A DNA stretch of 37,645 bases from Flavobacteriales bacterium (GTDB lineage Bacteria; Bacteroidota; Bacteroidia; Flavobacteriales_D; Parvicellaceae). The notes beneath the pieces were generated by a model. That model made no database searches and was not told the origin of the DNA. It saw nothing but the letters and a program-made list of their open reading frames with translations. Each line of letters opens with the position of its first letter. The stretch's first letter is position 1. Position numbers and translations under genes: made by a program. Of the stretch, positions 1-11,508 are shown piece by piece. The stretch is from assembly GCA_026993705.1 (NCBI GenBank), contig JALWSJ010000405.1:1-37645 (forward strand), read 5' to 3'.

Positions 1-23
1 AATTTTTGTAATTACAAAATTGA

Positions 24-72
24 GGTTTAGGTGCTTTCGCTTGTCGAAAAGTGCCTAAACCCTTTTGTGTTT
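24..72 (+). terminator. Long hairpin plus T-tracts; probable terminator/attenuator of the off-window upstream gene, ahead of rpoB
   Basis: GGTTTAGGTGCTTTCG (24-39) pairs with CGAAAAGTGCCTAAACC (45-61), allowing G-U pairs and one bulge, and is followed by CTTTTGTGTTTT. It lies about 160 nt upstream of rpoB, where an rplL-rpoB attenuator is common. Confidence 0.4.
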
Positions 73-228
73 TATAGAGATGCTGTTTATCTCATTGGGA
101 TAGATGTGTTTAGAAACACACCATTATTATGCTTTTTAACTTTAATTTCTGAAAATTAGTAATATTTTCATTTTATAAGTTTAAAAAGTATTTGAATTAA
201 CTATTTGTTTAATTTAAACATTTAAGCC

Positions 229-3200
229 TTGGCAAACGAAACTAATATTCCAAAAAGAATCAATTTTGCATCAAGTATGTACAAAGTTGATTATCCCGAT
301 TTTCTTGAACTTCAGTTAAAATCTTTTCAAGAGTTTTTTCAACTGGAAACAACACCGGAAAATCGATCAAATGAAGGTTTATTTAAGGTTTTCTCTGAAA
401 ACTTTCCAATAACCGATACAAGAAACCAATTTGTTTTGGAGTTTCTTGATTATTTTGTTGACCCTCCACGTTACACTGTAGATGAATGTGTTGAAAGAGG
501 TTTAACGTATGCTGTACCTTTGAAAGCTGTTTTAAAGCTGTATTGTACAGATCCTGAACATGAAGATTTTGAAACAATAGTACAAGAAGTTTATCTTGGT
601 ACTATTCCTTATATGACGCCTAAAGGCTCTTTTGTTGTAAATGGAGCTGAAAGGGTAATTGTGTCACAATTACATCGTTCACCCGGTGTATTTTTTGGTC
701 AAAGTAGACACGCTAATGGTACAAAATTGTATTCTGCAAGAGTTATTCCTTTTAAAGGCTCTTGGATTGAATTTGCTACAGATATAAACGGAGTAATGTA
801 TGCTTACATTGACCGCAAGAAAAAATTGCCTGTTACGACTCTTTTTAGAGCGATTGGTTATCAAAGTGATAAAGAAATTCTTGAAATATTTGATTTGGCT
901 GATGAAGTTAAAGTAAATAAAACGAATTTAAAGAAAGTTATTGGACGTAAATTAGCTGCAAGGGTTTTAAAAACTTGGATAGAAGATTTTGTTGATGAAG
1001 ATACAGGCGAAGTTGTTTCTATTGAAAGAAATGAAGTCTTAATTGATCGTGAAACAGTACTTGAAAAAGAACATATCGACCTTATTTTAGAGGCTGGTGT
1101 TAAATCTATTATCTTACATAAAGAGAATATAAATGCCGGAGATTTTGCGATAATTTATAATACACTTCAAAAAGATACTTCCAATTCTGAAAAAGAAGCT
1201 GTTGAGTTTATTTATCGTTTGTTAAGAAATGCTGAACCACCTGATGAAGAAACTGCTAGGGGTGTTATCGATAAATTGTTCTTTTCTGAACAACGATATG
1301 ATTTGGGAGAAGTTGGTCGTTATAGAATTAACAAAAAGTTAAATCTTGATGAACCTCTTACTCAAAGGGTTTTAACTAGAAATGATATCATTTCTATTGT
1401 CAAATATCTGATAGAATTAGTCAACTCTAAAACAGATGTTGATGATATTGATCACTTGAGTAATCGACGTGTACGTACGGTAGGAGAGCAATTATACAAT
1501 CAGTTCGGTGTTGGACTTGCTAGAATGGCACGTACGATTAGAGAAAGGATGAATGTTAGAGACAATGAAGTCTTTACTCCTATAGATTTAATTAATGCGA
1601 AAACTCTCTCTGCTGTAATAAACTCATTCTTTGGGACAAACCAATTGTCTCAATTTATGGATCAAACTAACCTCCTTGCAGAAGTTACTCATAAACGTAG
1701 GCTTTCTGCCTTAGGGCCAGGGGGATTATCTAGAGAAAGAGCAGGATTTGAGGTGCGTGATGTCCATTATACTCACTATGGAAGGCTATGTACAATTGAA
1801 ACTCCCGAAGGTCCTAATATTGGTCTTATTTCTTCATTAGCGGTTTATGCAAAAGTTAATAAACTAGGATTTATTGAAACTCCTTATAGAAAAGTTATAG
1901 AGGGTAAAATTGATATAAAAAATGACCCTGTTTATTTAACTGCTGAGGAAGAGGATAACAAGAATATTGCACAGTCTGTCTCTAAAACTGATGGGAAAGG
2001 TAACTTTGTTACAGAGCGAGTTAAAACTCGTTTTCAAGGTGATTATCCTATGTCTAATCCGGAGGACATTGATTTTATTGACGTCGGGGCAAATCAGATT
2101 GCTTCTATTGCAGCCTCTTGTATTCCTTTCTTAGAACATGATGATGCAAACCGTGCTTTGATGGGGTCTAATATGCAACGTCAAGCTGTACCATTGCTAA
2201 AACCTAATTCTCCAATTGTAGGTACTGGTATTGAAGAGTTAATTGCTCGTGATTCAAGAGCTTTACATCACGCAGAAGGTAAAGGTGAAGTTGTTTATGT
2301 AGATGCAAATGAAATTCACGTTAAATACGAACTTTCAAAAGAAGAAAAGTTAATTCGTTTTGAGGATGATATTAAGGTATATAAACTGATAAAAAACAGA
2401 AAGACAAATCAAGGAACTTCAATCACTCAAAAGCCTGTTGTAAAAAAAGGTCAGAAATTAGTGAAAGGAGATATTCTTGTTGAAGGTTATGGTACTCAAA
2501 TGGGGGAACTCGCTTTGGGACAAAATCTAAAAGTTGCCTTTATGCCATGGCAAGGGTATAACTTTGAGGATGCGATTGTTATTTCTGAAAGAATAGTGAA
2601 AGAAGATATATTCACGTCAATTCATATTGATGAATATTCTTTGGAAGTGAGAGATACTAAAAGAGGGATTGAAGAATTAACTGCGGATATTCCAAATGTA
2701 AGTGAGGAAGCTACCAAAGATTTAGATGAAAACGGAATTATTAGAATAGGTGCAGATGTTAAGCCTGGTGATATTCTTATTGGAAAAATTACACCTAAAG
2801 GTGAAAGTGATCCTTCTCCTGAAGAAAAATTGTTAAGAGCTATTTTTGGTGATAAAGCTGGTGATGTTAAAGACGCTTCATTGAAGGTTTCTCCTTCTAC
2901 TAGGGGTGTGGTTATTAATAAAAAATTATTTGCTCGTTCGGTTAAAGATAGAAAATCTAAAGCCGCTGATAAACCTTTATTAGAGCAAATAGAAAAAGAA
3001 ATGAATGTTGAAGTTAATGAGTTGAAAAGCATATTAATTTCTAAGTTAATTGAAATTACCGGAGATAAAAAATCAAAGGGAGTTTTCAATAATTACAAAG
3101 AGGAAGTTCTTAAGAAAGGGGTTAAGTTTACTGAGAAAAATCTAAAAGATTTAGATTTTATGCATATTAACCCTAAAGGATGGACAGGAGATGCTAAAAT

Positions 3201-4041
3201 TGATGCTTTAATTGAAAAAGTATTACATAATTTTAGTATGAAAGCTACTGAAATTATTGGTAAGCACAAACGTCGCCAATTTAGAATTTCTGTTGGAGAT
3301 GAATTACCAAACGGTATTATTCAATTGGCTAAGGTGTATTTGGCTAAAAAACGTAAATTGAAAGTTGGTGATAAAATGGCAGGTCGTCACGGGAATAAAG
3401 GTATCGTTGCACGTATCGTACGTGAAGAAGATATGCCATATTTAGAAGATGGAACTCCTGTTGATATTGTTTTGAATCCATTAGGTGTGCCTTCTCGTAT
3501 GAACCTTGGTCAGATTTACGAAACAGTATTAGGTTGGGCTGGTGAAAAATTAGGTAAAAAGTTCGCTACACCAATCTTTGATGGTGCGAGTATGGATCAG
3601 ATTGATGCTTTGACAGATGAAGCGGGTTTACCACGTAATGGTAAGACTTATTTATATGACGGAGGTACGGGTGAACGTTTTGATCAACCAGCTACTGTAG
3701 GTGTTATTTATATGATTAAATTGAGCCATATGGTTGATGATAAGATGCATGCTCGTTCTATCGGTCCTTATTCATTAATTACACAACAACCACTTGGAGG
3801 AAAAGCTCAATTTGGAGGTCAACGTTTTGGAGAGATGGAGGTTTGGGCTCTAGAAGCTTTTGGTGCATCAAATATTTTACAAGAGATTCTTACTGTGAAA
3901 TCTGATGATGTTATTGGTAGAGCTAAAGCTTATGAAGCTATAGTAAAAGGTAAAAATTTACCCGAAGCCGGAACTCCTGAATCATTTAATGTATTATTAA
4001 ATGAATTAAGTGGTTTAGCATTGAATATCACTTTAGATTAA
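229..4041 (+). CDS. rpoB: DNA-directed RNA polymerase subunit beta
   Basis: 1270 aa with canonical RpoB blocks ([66 protein letters not shown]). TTG start at 229 follows an in-frame TAA at 223-225. The conserved N-terminal block ([14 protein letters not shown]) precedes the first in-frame ATG. Confidence 0.97.
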   Translation: MANETNIPKRINFASSMYKVDYPDFLELQLKSFQEFFQLETTPENRSNEGLFKVFSENFPITDTRNQFVLEFLDYFVDPPRYTVDECVERGLTYAVPLKAVLKLYCTDPEHEDFETIVQEVYLGTIPYMTPKGSFVVNGAERVIVSQLHRSPGVFFGQSRHANGTKLYSARVIPFKGSWIEFATDINGVMYAYIDRKKKLPVTTLFRAIGYQSDKEILEIFDLADEVKVNKTNLKKVIGRKLAARVLKTWIEDFVDEDTGEVVSIERNEVLIDRETVLEKEHIDLILEAGVKSIILHKENINAGDFAIIYNTLQKDTSNSEKEAVEFIYRLLRNAEPPDEETARGVIDKLFFSEQRYDLGEVGRYRINKKLNLDEPLTQRVLTRNDIISIVKYLIELVNSKTDVDDIDHLSNRRVRTVGEQLYNQFGVGLARMARTIRERMNVRDNEVFTPIDLINAKTLSAVINSFFGTNQLSQFMDQTNLLAEVTHKRRLSALGPGGLSRERAGFEVRDVHYTHYGRLCTIETPEGPNIGLISSLAVYAKVNKLGFIETPYRKVIEGKIDIKNDPVYLTAEEEDNKNIAQSVSKTDGKGNFVTERVKTRFQGDYPMSNPEDIDFIDVGANQIASIAASCIPFLEHDDANRALMGSNMQRQAVPLLKPNSPIVGTGIEELIARDSRALHHAEGKGEVVYVDANEIHVKYELSKEEKLIRFEDDIKVYKLIKNRKTNQGTSITQKPVVKKGQKLVKGDILVEGYGTQMGELALGQNLKVAFMPWQGYNFEDAIVISERIVKEDIFTSIHIDEYSLEVRDTKRGIEELTADIPNVSEEATKDLDENGIIRIGADVKPGDILIGKITPKGESDPSPEEKLLRAIFGDKAGDVKDASLKVSPSTRGVVINKKLFARSVKDRKSKAADKPLLEQIEKEMNVEVNELKSILISKLIEITGDKKSKGVFNNYKEEVLKKGVKFTEKNLKDLDFMHINPKGWTGDAKIDALIEKVLHNFSMKATEIIGKHKRRQFRISVGDELPNGIIQLAKVYLAKKRKLKVGDKMAGRHGNKGIVARIVREEDMPYLEDGTPVDIVLNPLGVPSRMNLGQIYETVLGWAGEKLGKKFATPIFDGASMDQIDALTDEAGLPRNGKTYLYDGGTGERFDQPATVGVIYMIKLSHMVDDKMHARSIGPYSLITQQPLGGKAQFGGQRFGEMEVWALEAFGASNILQEILTVKSDDVIGRAKAYEAIVKGKNLPEAGTPESFNVLLNELSGLALNITLD

Positions 4042-4050
4042 TAAGATTAA

Positions 4051-4141
4051 AATGAGTAATGAGGTAATCCTCATTACTCATTGAAGTTATGTTTAGCATA
4101 ACTTCAATAAAAATAAATTTTAAATGTTGTTGATACAACAA
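4051..4141 (+). other. Three consecutive perfect hairpins in the rpoB-rpoC spacer (possible attenuator or processing site)
   Basis: AATGAGTAATGAGG/CCTCATTACTCATT (4051-4082, 14 bp). GAAGTTATG/CATAACTTC (4083-4105, 9 bp). TTGTTG/CAACAA (4127-4141, 6 bp), ending 15 nt before the rpoC ATG. Confidence 0.4.
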
Positions 4142-4155
4142 AAAAATACGAGTAT

Positions 4156-7100
4156 ATGGCTTATAGAAAAGAATCGAAACCTAGAAGTAGATTTAGCAAA
4201 ATAACTATCAGTCTTGCCTCTCCTGAAATGATTTTAGAAAAGTCTCATGGAGAAGTATTGAAGCCTGAAACAATCAATTATAGAACATACAAGCCTGAGC
4301 GTGATGGATTGTTTTGTGAAAGGATTTTTGGTCCTGTTAAGGATTATGAATGTCATTGTGGGAAATATAAAAGAATCCGTTATAAAGGAATTGTTTGTGA
4401 TAGGTGTGGAGTTGAAGTAACAGAAAAGAAAGTCAGGAGAGAGAGAATGGGACACATTTCACTTGTTGTTCCTGTAGCACATATTTGGTATTTCCGTTCT
4501 TTACCTAACAAAATTGGTTATTTATTAGGTCTTCCGACAAAGAAATTAGATCAGATAATTTATTATGAAAGATATGTAGTTATTAACCCTGCTGGTGTTA
4601 CAAAACCTGACGGAGAAGCTGTTGAATATCTTGATTTTCTAACAGAGGAAGAGTATTTAGATATACTAGATACTTTACCAAGAGAGAATAGAGCTTTAGA
4701 AGATTCTGATCCAAATAAATTCATTGCAAAAATGGGAGCAGAAGCTCTTTATGATTTATTACAACGTTTAGAATTAGATAAATTATCTTATGAATTGCGT
4801 CATAAAGCCAATACTGAAACTTCTCAGCAAAGAAAAAATGAAGCCTTAAAAAGACTTCAAGTAATTGAAGCTTTTAGGGATGCTAATTCAAGAATAGAAA
4901 ATCGTCCGGAATGGATGATTGTTAAAACTGTTCCGGTAATTCCACCGGACTTGAGACCTCTTGTCCCTCTAGATGGTGGGCGTTTTGCTACTTCTGCTAT
5001 GAATGACTTATACAGAAGAGTTATTATCAGAAATAACAGATTGAAAAGATTAATTGAAATCAAGGCTCCAGAAGTAATTCTACGTAACGAGAAGCGTATG
5101 TTGCAAGAGTCAGTTGATTCATTGTTTGACAACTCTAGGAAATCTAGTGCTGTAAAAACAGATAAAAACCGTCCTTTAAAATCTCTTTCTGATAGTCTTA
5201 AAGGTAAATCCGGACGTTTTCGTCAAAACTTATTAGGTAAACGTGTTGATTATTCTGCTCGTTCTGTTATTATTGTTGGGCCTACTCTGAAGTTACATGA
5301 GTGTGGTTTGCCTAAAGATATGGCAGCGGAACTGTTTAAACCTTTTATTATTCGTAAAATAATTGAGAGGGGAATTGTAAAAACAGTAAAGTCAGCTAAA
5401 AAGATAGTAAGTAAAAAAGAATCTATCGTTTGGGATATATTAGAGAACGTGATAAAGGGGCATCCTGTTTTATTAAATAGGGCTCCTACACTTCACCGTC
5501 TTGGTATTCAGGCTTTCCAACCTAAATTAATTGAAGGTAAAGCGATTCAATTACATCCACTTGTATGTACTGCGTTTAATGCGGATTTTGATGGGGATCA
5601 AATGGCGGTTCATTTACCTCTAGGTAATGCTGCTGTTTTAGAGGCTCAAATGTTAATGTTGTCTTCTCATAATATTTTGAATCCTGCCAATGGTGCACCT
5701 ATTACGGTTCCATCTCAGGATATGGTTTTGGGTCTTTACTATATGACAAAACTTAAAAAATCTACTCCTGAAGAAAAAATAAAAGGAGAGGGAATGTCTT
5801 TCTATTCTCCGGAAGAAGTTAAGATTGCATATAATGAAGGTGTTGCAGATTTACATGCACAAATCAAAGTGAAAACTGAAGATTTTGTGAACGGTGAGTA
5901 TGTTACCAAACTAATTGAAACTACTGTAGGTAGAGTCTTATTTAACGAGTTAGTCCCTCGTGAGGCCGGGTATATAAATGATGTTTTAACGAAAAAAGCA
6001 TTAAGAGATATTATTAGTGATATTTTGAAAGTAACCAATGTTCCTACTGCTGCTAAATTTTTGGATGACATTAAAAATTTAGGTTATTATATGGCGTTTA
6101 AAGGTGGTCTTTCTTTTAATTTGGGTGATGTTGTTATCCCTGAAGAAAAAGATGAGATGATTAAAAAAGCCGAAAAACAGGTTGAAGAAGTGATGATGAA
6201 CTATAGTATGGGACTTATCACCAATAATGAGCGTTATAATCAAATTATTGATATTTGGACACATACGAACTCTCGTTTGACTCATATTTTGATGGAAAAC
6301 TTGAAAAAAGACCAACAAGGTTTTAATTCTGTTTATATGATGATGGATTCCGGAGCAAGGGGGTCTAAAGAACAAATTCGTCAGCTGTCAGGTATGAGGG
6401 GCTTGATGGCGAAGCCACAAAAATCAGGAGCAAATGGTGGTCAAGATATTATTGAGAATCCAATTTTATCGAATTTTAAAGAAGGGTTATCAATTTTGGA
6501 ATACTTTATCTCTACTCACGGAGCTCGTAAAGGTTTAGCGGATACGGCATTGAAAACAGCAGATGCCGGTTATTTGACTAGAAGGTTGGTGGATGTTGCT
6601 CAAGATGTTGTTGTTAATGATGAAGACTGCGGAACATTAAGAGGTCTTACGGTAACAGCTTTAAAGAAAAATGAAGATATTGTAGAGAGTTTGTTTGATA
6701 GAATCTTAGGGCGTGTAGCTCTGAATGATATTGAACACCCTGAAACAGGTGAGGTTATTGTTGCAGAAGGAGAAGAAATAAAAGAAGAACACGCTAGAGC
6801 TATTGAGACTGCTGAAATTGAGGAAGTAGAAATACGTTCAGTTCTTACTTGCGAAAAAGAAAGAGGAGTTTGTGCAAAATGTTATGGTCGAAACCTAGCT
6901 ACTGGTCGTCTTGCTGTAAAAGGTGATTCTGTTGGTGTTATTGCTGCTCAGTCTATTGGTGAGCCTGGTACACAGCTTACACTTCGTACGTTCCACGTTG
7001 GTGGTACGGCATCTAATATTGCTGATGAATCTAGTATTAAATCTAAATTTAATGGTAAATTAGATATAGAAGGGTTAAAAACAATTACAAAAGTTGATGA

Positions 7101-8457
7101 AGAAGGAAATGAGGTAGAAGTAGTTATTGGTCGAGCTGCTGAAATGAAAATTTTAGACAAAGAAAACGGCCAAGTTTTAGCAACCAATAATATACCTTAC
7201 GGTGCTCATATGGTTGCGAAAAATAAACGAGTGATAAAGAAAGGAGATGTTGTTTGTACATGGGATCCTTATAATGCCGTTATTATTTCGGATGTTGAAG
7301 GTACTGTTCAATTTGAACATCTTATTTCTGGTGAAACTTACCGTGAAGAGGTAGATGAAGCTACGGGATTCTCTGAAATTGTGATTAAAGAGAATAGAAA
7401 TAAAAAGACAGTTCCAACAATTAATATTGTTGATAAAGACGGAACAATTCTTAAGTCATTTAATTTACCGGTTGATGCCCATGTTATCGTGAAAGAAGGA
7501 GATACAATCACGGGAGGTGATATTCTTGTGAAAATACCTCGTAAATCTGGTAAAACCGGAGATATTACAGGTGGTCTTCCTCGTGTAACGGAGATGTTTG
7601 AGGCTCGTAACCCATCTAATCCGGCTGTTGTGGCTAAAATTGACGGAGTTGTTTCTTACGGTAAAATTAAAAGAGGAAACAGAGAGGTTATTATCGAAGC
7701 CAAAACCGGTGAAGTAACGAAATATTTAGTTCCATTGTCTAGACACTTATTGGTACAAGAAAATGATTTTGTTAAGGCTGGTCAAAATTTATCGGAAGGA
7801 GCAACAACTCCTCAAGATATTTTGAGCATAAAAGGACCTACTGCTGTTCAAGAATACATTGTAAATGAAATTCAAGAAGTATATCGTTTGCAAGGTGTGA
7901 AAATTAACGATAAGCACTTTGAGGTTATTGTACGTCAAATGATGCGTAAAGTTGAAATTGAAGATGCAGGAGATACTTTGTTCTTGGAAAAATCATCTGT
8001 GAATAAATGGGAATTTATCCAAGAGAACAATAAACTTTGGGGTAAAAAAGTGGTTGAGGATGCTGGTGATTCTACTAATCTTATGCCAGGACAAATTGTC
8101 TCTGCTCGTAAGTTGAGAGATGAAAATGCAATGCTAAAAAGAAACGGAAAGAAACTAGTTGTAGCTAGAGATGCTGTTCCTGCTACGGCAATTCCTTTAT
8201 TACAAGGGATAACTAAAGCTTCTTTGCAAACGGATAGTTTTATTTCTGCTGCATCTTTCCAAGAAACGACAAAAGTATTGAATCAAGCCGCTGTAAATGG
8301 TAAGGTTGATTACTTGTTAGGGTTGAAGGAAAATGTAATTGTAGGTCATAAAATTCCAGCTGGTACCGGTTTGTCTGATTTCCAATCTTTGGTAGTTAAA
8401 CCTAAAGAGGAAGTGATTGAAGATATAACTGAAACGGAAGAAGAAATAGCAGAGTAA
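4156..8457 (+). CDS. rpoC: DNA-directed RNA polymerase subunit beta'
   Basis: 1433 aa with zinc-binding [14 protein letters not shown], the catalytic NADFDGDQM motif and the trigger-loop/bridge-helix regions typical of RpoC. Confidence 0.97.
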   Translation: MAYRKESKPRSRFSKITISLASPEMILEKSHGEVLKPETINYRTYKPERDGLFCERIFGPVKDYECHCGKYKRIRYKGIVCDRCGVEVTEKKVRRERMGHISLVVPVAHIWYFRSLPNKIGYLLGLPTKKLDQIIYYERYVVINPAGVTKPDGEAVEYLDFLTEEEYLDILDTLPRENRALEDSDPNKFIAKMGAEALYDLLQRLELDKLSYELRHKANTETSQQRKNEALKRLQVIEAFRDANSRIENRPEWMIVKTVPVIPPDLRPLVPLDGGRFATSAMNDLYRRVIIRNNRLKRLIEIKAPEVILRNEKRMLQESVDSLFDNSRKSSAVKTDKNRPLKSLSDSLKGKSGRFRQNLLGKRVDYSARSVIIVGPTLKLHECGLPKDMAAELFKPFIIRKIIERGIVKTVKSAKKIVSKKESIVWDILENVIKGHPVLLNRAPTLHRLGIQAFQPKLIEGKAIQLHPLVCTAFNADFDGDQMAVHLPLGNAAVLEAQMLMLSSHNILNPANGAPITVPSQDMVLGLYYMTKLKKSTPEEKIKGEGMSFYSPEEVKIAYNEGVADLHAQIKVKTEDFVNGEYVTKLIETTVGRVLFNELVPREAGYINDVLTKKALRDIISDILKVTNVPTAAKFLDDIKNLGYYMAFKGGLSFNLGDVVIPEEKDEMIKKAEKQVEEVMMNYSMGLITNNERYNQIIDIWTHTNSRLTHILMENLKKDQQGFNSVYMMMDSGARGSKEQIRQLSGMRGLMAKPQKSGANGGQDIIENPILSNFKEGLSILEYFISTHGARKGLADTALKTADAGYLTRRLVDVAQDVVVNDEDCGTLRGLTVTALKKNEDIVESLFDRILGRVALNDIEHPETGEVIVAEGEEIKEEHARAIETAEIEEVEIRSVLTCEKERGVCAKCYGRNLATGRLAVKGDSVGVIAAQSIGEPGTQLTLRTFHVGGTASNIADESSIKSKFNGKLDIEGLKTITKVDEEGNEVEVVIGRAAEMKILDKENGQVLATNNIPYGAHMVAKNKRVIKKGDVVCTWDPYNAVIISDVEGTVQFEHLISGETYREEVDEATGFSEIVIKENRNKKTVPTINIVDKDGTILKSFNLPVDAHVIVKEGDTITGGDILVKIPRKSGKTGDITGGLPRVTEMFEARNPSNPAVVAKIDGVVSYGKIKRGNREVIIEAKTGEVTKYLVPLSRHLLVQENDFVKAGQNLSEGATTPQDILSIKGPTAVQEYIVNEIQEVYRLQGVKINDKHFEVIVRQMMRKVEIEDAGDTLFLEKSSVNKWEFIQENNKLWGKKVVEDAGDSTNLMPGQIVSARKLRDENAMLKRNGKKLVVARDAVPATAIPLLQGITKASLQTDSFISAASFQETTKVLNQAAVNGKVDYLLGLKENVIVGHKIPAGTGLSDFQSLVVKPKEEVIEDITETEEEIAE

Positions 8458-8476
8458 TACTTTGCATATACTAAGC

Positions 8477-8508
8477 AAAAAAGTCTTCCATTTATGGAGG
8501 ACTTTTTT
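8477..8508 (+). terminator. Rho-independent terminator after rpoC, lying between convergent rpoC and radA
   Basis: AAAAAAGTCTTCCA-TTTA-TGGAGGACTTTTTT: 8-bp stem with one G-U pair, flanked by an A-run and a T-run. The stem is weaker on the minus strand (one C-A mismatch). Confidence 0.6.
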
Positions 8509-8535
8509 GTTATATAAGTAATACTACATTGAAAT

Positions 8536-9900
8536 TTAGCTAAATAATTCTTTTAATACATCTTCAACTTTTTCTACAAAAATTAGTTGTATCTGGTGTT
8601 TATCTTGTACAACACCTTTATTATGTCTGGATAAAAACATTCGTTTATATCCTAATTTTTCAGCTTCAGAAATTCTATGTTCTATTCTTGGCACGGGTCT
8701 TATTTCTCCCGATAGTCCAACTTCTGCAGCAAAACAAGTTTTTGAATCAATTCCTAAATCTACATTGGAAGAAAGTATAGCGCAGACAACCGCTAAATCA
8801 ATGGATGGGTCATCCACCTTAATTCCCCCGGTAATGTTTAAGAATACATCTTTTTGTCCTATTCTAAAACCACATTTTTTTTCCAGTACCGCAAGTAACA
8901 TGTTTAAGCGTCTTAAATCAAATCCTGTTGCTGAACGTTGAGGGGTTCCGTATGCGGCAGTGCTTGCCAGGGCTTGAATTTCGATAAGTAGGGGACGTGT
9001 CCCTTCCATAGTAACAGCGATAGCTATTCCACTTAATTCCCCGTTGTTGTGTGTAATCATAATTTCGGAAGGGTTTTCTACTTCTTTCAGTCCTTCTGCC
9101 GTCATCTCATAGATGCCAAGTTCATTGGTGCTACCAAATCTGTTTTTGATACTTCTTAGTAATCGGTATAAGTGATTTCTGTCTCCTTCAAATTGTAAAA
9201 CGGTATCCACCATGTGTTCCAAAACCTTTGGTCCGGCTATTGTTCCGTCTTTAGTAATGTGTCCGATAAGTATTATTGGTATTCCTGTTTCTTTTGCATA
9301 ACGCATCATCTCGGCGGTACACTCTCTTACTTGTGAAATGCTTCCCGGAGAGGATTCGATGGTCGGAGTTTGGAGTGTTTGGATAGAATCAATAATAAGT
9401 AAATCGGGGGTAAGGTTTTTGGCGTGCTGAAAAATATATTGTGTGTTTGTTTCGGTAAGCAAGAAACAATTGCTTTCCGTATGTTTTATTCTGTCAGCTC
9501 TCATTTTTATTTGCTCTTCACTTTCTTCACCCGATACATAGAGAACTTTTAAATTGCTGTTTAGTGCTATATCCAGTAATAAAGTTGATTTTCCAATTCC
9601 GGGTTCTCCGCCTATTAATGTGAGCGACCCAACTACAATCCCACCTCCCAATACGCGATTAAATTCATTGTTTGAAAGTTTGTACCTTCTATTTTCTAAA
9701 GGTTTAATTTCATTAATATGATGTGGTTTTGTGTTTTTTTTGAATGAGTCTCCGTGTAGTATCTTTGTTTTGCTGTCCTCTTTTTGTACAATTTCTTCAA
9801 CAAAAGTATTCCATTCGTTACAGTTTGGACATTTTCCCAACCATTTTGCTGACTCTTTGCCACAGTTTTGGCAGAAGTATGCTGATTTTATTTTAGCCAT
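8536..9900 (-). CDS. radA: DNA repair protein RadA/Sms
   Basis: N-terminal CxxC..CxxC zinc finger (CQNCGK..CPNCNEW), Walker A GEPGIGKST, the KNRFG motif and a Lon-like C-terminal domain. Confidence 0.95.
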   Translation of the reverse strand: MAKIKSAYFCQNCGKESAKWLGKCPNCNEWNTFVEEIVQKEDSKTKILHGDSFKKNTKPHHINEIKPLENRRYKLSNNEFNRVLGGGIVVGSLTLIGGEPGIGKSTLLLDIALNSNLKVLYVSGEESEEQIKMRADRIKHTESNCFLLTETNTQYIFQHAKNLTPDLLIIDSIQTLQTPTIESSPGSISQVRECTAEMMRYAKETGIPIILIGHITKDGTIAGPKVLEHMVDTVLQFEGDRNHLYRLLRSIKNRFGSTNELGIYEMTAEGLKEVENPSEIMITHNNGELSGIAIAVTMEGTRPLLIEIQALASTAAYGTPQRSATGFDLRRLNMLLAVLEKKCGFRIGQKDVFLNITGGIKVDDPSIDLAVVCAILSSNVDLGIDSKTCFAAEVGLSGEIRPVPRIEHRISEAEKLGYKRMFLSRHNKGVVQDKHQIQLIFVEKVEDVLKELFS

Positions 9901-10306
9901 TGTTTTGAATTTTTTGTCCGATGAATAGAATGATAAACAGAGATGCTATTCTTGCTATTGTTTTTAATAATATAAATTCAGCATTTCTTTTATCTCGAAT
10001 TATTTCATCTGCAAATTGTTTACAATTGTACTGATTATAATCGTATTTTATTCCTATTTTCTTATTAATACTTTTAAGTATTTCCTGTTGTTTTTCTTTT
10101 TTAAATCCGTAGTGTATAACTTCTATTTTATTTCCGGTATTTATAAAGTTGATAAGAGGAGAATAGACTACTCCCTTTTGTTTTGTGTTTTCGGCAATGG
10201 ATAGTCTTCCGTTGATTACCCCTACATAAATTGCATGGCTTTTTGTTAGACTTTTTCTATTTGTTCGTATTAATCTGTCTCCAATGGTTAACTCTCTAAC
10301 ATTCAT
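9893..10306 (-). CDS. Small LRAT / NlpC-P60-like papain-fold protein with a C-terminal TM helix (hypothetical)
   Basis: 137 aa. His in SHAIYVGV and the NC dyad in YNQYNCKQFADE resemble the LRAT-family catalytic His/Cys arrangement. Hydrophobic C-terminus IARIASLFIILFIG. The stop overlaps the radA start by 8 nt. Confidence 0.5.
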   Translation of the reverse strand: MNVRELTIGDRLIRTNRKSLTKSHAIYVGVINGRLSIAENTKQKGVVYSPLINFINTGNKIEVIHYGFKKEKQQEILKSINKKIGIKYDYNQYNCKQFADEIIRDKRNAEFILLKTIARIASLFIILFIGQKIQNNG

Positions 10307-10328
10307 AAGCTGTGTGTTTTGTTTGACA

Positions 10329-10336
10329 CAAATATA
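10329..10336 (-). promoter_or_regulatory. Candidate Bacteroidetes -7 promoter box (TAnnTTTG) for the LRAT-like/radA pair
   Basis: Plus strand CAAATATA equals TATATTTG on the minus strand, 22 nt upstream of the start codon at 10306. No clear -33 TTTG seen. Confidence 0.3.
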
Positions 10337-10381
10337 GAGTATAGCTCCGTAAAATATTTACGGATGTAATTTAAGGAGATA

Positions 10382-10586
10382 GAGAAAGAATTTTTTCATT
10401 GTCTAAGAAAACTAAATTCCATTTTCTTTGCACTTACCTGACCCGCGTTAGGGATAGGAACGGCATCCTTTTGCCTGCTTGCCTTTATGGCAGGCAAAAG
10501 ATATAGTGGATAGCCCGACCTTTCAAGAGTAAAAAAAATAGTGAGTGTAACGACTATTTTTTTATTCTTGAAAGGGAACGCCCAAA
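10382..10586 (-). repeat. Structured intergenic element, copy A
   Basis: Reverse complement reads TTTGGGCGTTCCC, hairpin 1 (TTTCAAGAAT...ACTCTTGAAA), GGTCGGGCTATCCACTATAT, hairpin 2 (CTTTTGCCTGCC..GGCAGGCAAAAG), GATGCCGTTCCTATCCCTAACGCG, then the tail GAAAATGGAATTTAGTTTTCTTAGAC. The box-1 end lies 9 nt past the stop of the co-oriented CDS 10595..10825. Confidence 0.85.
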
Positions 10587-10594
10587 TACTGATT

Positions 10595-10825
10595 TTACAG
10601 ATTTTTATTCTTCAATACGTTGTTGATGACTTCTTGAGCAGACAGAGCTTCGTTTAGTTTAACGCTTTTTTTTTCGGCATCTTCAATTAGTTGGAGCATC
10701 TCTTGAAATCGGGGCTCGTCTATATTGTCGAAACCTAAATATAAAAGCAAATCGTTTAGTAAATTTTCCCTATTTAAGTGAATAGCCTCTCGTAAGGCAT
10801 CTATTTCCGGTGAATGATCTTCCAT
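10595..10825 (-). CDS. Hypothetical small acidic helical protein
   Basis: 76-aa ORF starting 3 nt after the stop of the upstream ORF 10829..11488 (coupled pair). No recognisable motif. Confidence 0.5.
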   Translation of the reverse strand: MEDHSPEIDALREAIHLNRENLLNDLLLYLGFDNIDEPRFQEMLQLIEDAEKKSVKLNEALSAQEVINNVLKNKNL

Positions 10826-10828
10826 GGC

Positions 10829-11488
10829 TTAATGTTTCAGGTATTGCGTAACTTCCGTAAATCCTTGTTCCTGTATAAAACGGTTGATTTCACTGCTGTT
10901 GGGACGAGCTAAATAGGTTTTTATATTATCAATTTGTAATGAATCTAACGTATTAAATTGTTGAATCTTATCTAAAACTTCTTCGTGGTCAAGGGCAAAA
11001 ATCAAAATTCCTTTCGCTGTTGGATAGAGCAAATACGTTGTGAAATATCCATTGCCTTCCTTCTCGTTCAAGTAGTAAATAATATTTTGTTTTTTCAGTA
11101 CATTTCCGCCGGAAGGTTTATAATAAAGGTCTTTTTGATTGTATATAGCATAGGTTGTATCATTGCTTTTGATATAAGTTAACCCCTCATTTGCCACAAT
11201 TCCATGCAGTTTATTATTCTTAAAAAAGTACTTTCCCTTAGATTTTCGAATGTCTTTTTTGGTTAGTGTAAAGAGCAAACTTTTTTGGGTGTAAATACTA
11301 TCCGAGGTAATCACAAAACGGAATAACGTATCTTTTTCAGCGTAATATTCTCCAATAATAGAAGAGTCAAATTGTAAAGTTGGAGCTACATTGTTGGGTT
11401 GAGGCTCGGCAAAATAAAACGAAGTAAAATCACTTTGTCCGTAGGCAACAAGGGTGAAACAAGTAAATAGAAAAAATAAATAGTTCAT
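10829..11488 (-). CDS. Hypothetical secreted protein
   Basis: 219 aa with an N-terminal signal-like segment MNYLFFLFTCFTLVAYGQ. No recognisable family. Confidence 0.6.
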   Translation of the reverse strand: MNYLFFLFTCFTLVAYGQSDFTSFYFAEPQPNNVAPTLQFDSSIIGEYYAEKDTLFRFVITSDSIYTQKSLLFTLTKKDIRKSKGKYFFKNNKLHGIVANEGLTYIKSNDTTYAIYNQKDLYYKPSGGNVLKKQNIIYYLNEKEGNGYFTTYLLYPTAKGILIFALDHEEVLDKIQQFNTLDSLQIDNIKTYLARPNSSEINRFIQEQGFTEVTQYLKH

Positions 11489-11508
11489 AATTATAAGGTT
11501 TATTATTA

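Noticed and set aside
383-8457. Numerous 60-155 aa antisense or out-of-frame ORFs inside rpoB and rpoC (for example 2622..3089, 4857..5132, 6079..6375)
   Set aside because: They are fully embedded in strongly supported, highly conserved genes and have no motifs. This is typical shadow-ORF behaviour in AT-rich DNA.
10382-10586. The element as a classical MITE with terminal inverted repeats
   Set aside because: The two ends (TTTGGGCGTTCCC and ...TCCTATCCCTAACGCG plus tail) are not reverse complements of each other. If anything they share direct similarity (CGTTCC). I saw no target-site duplications.
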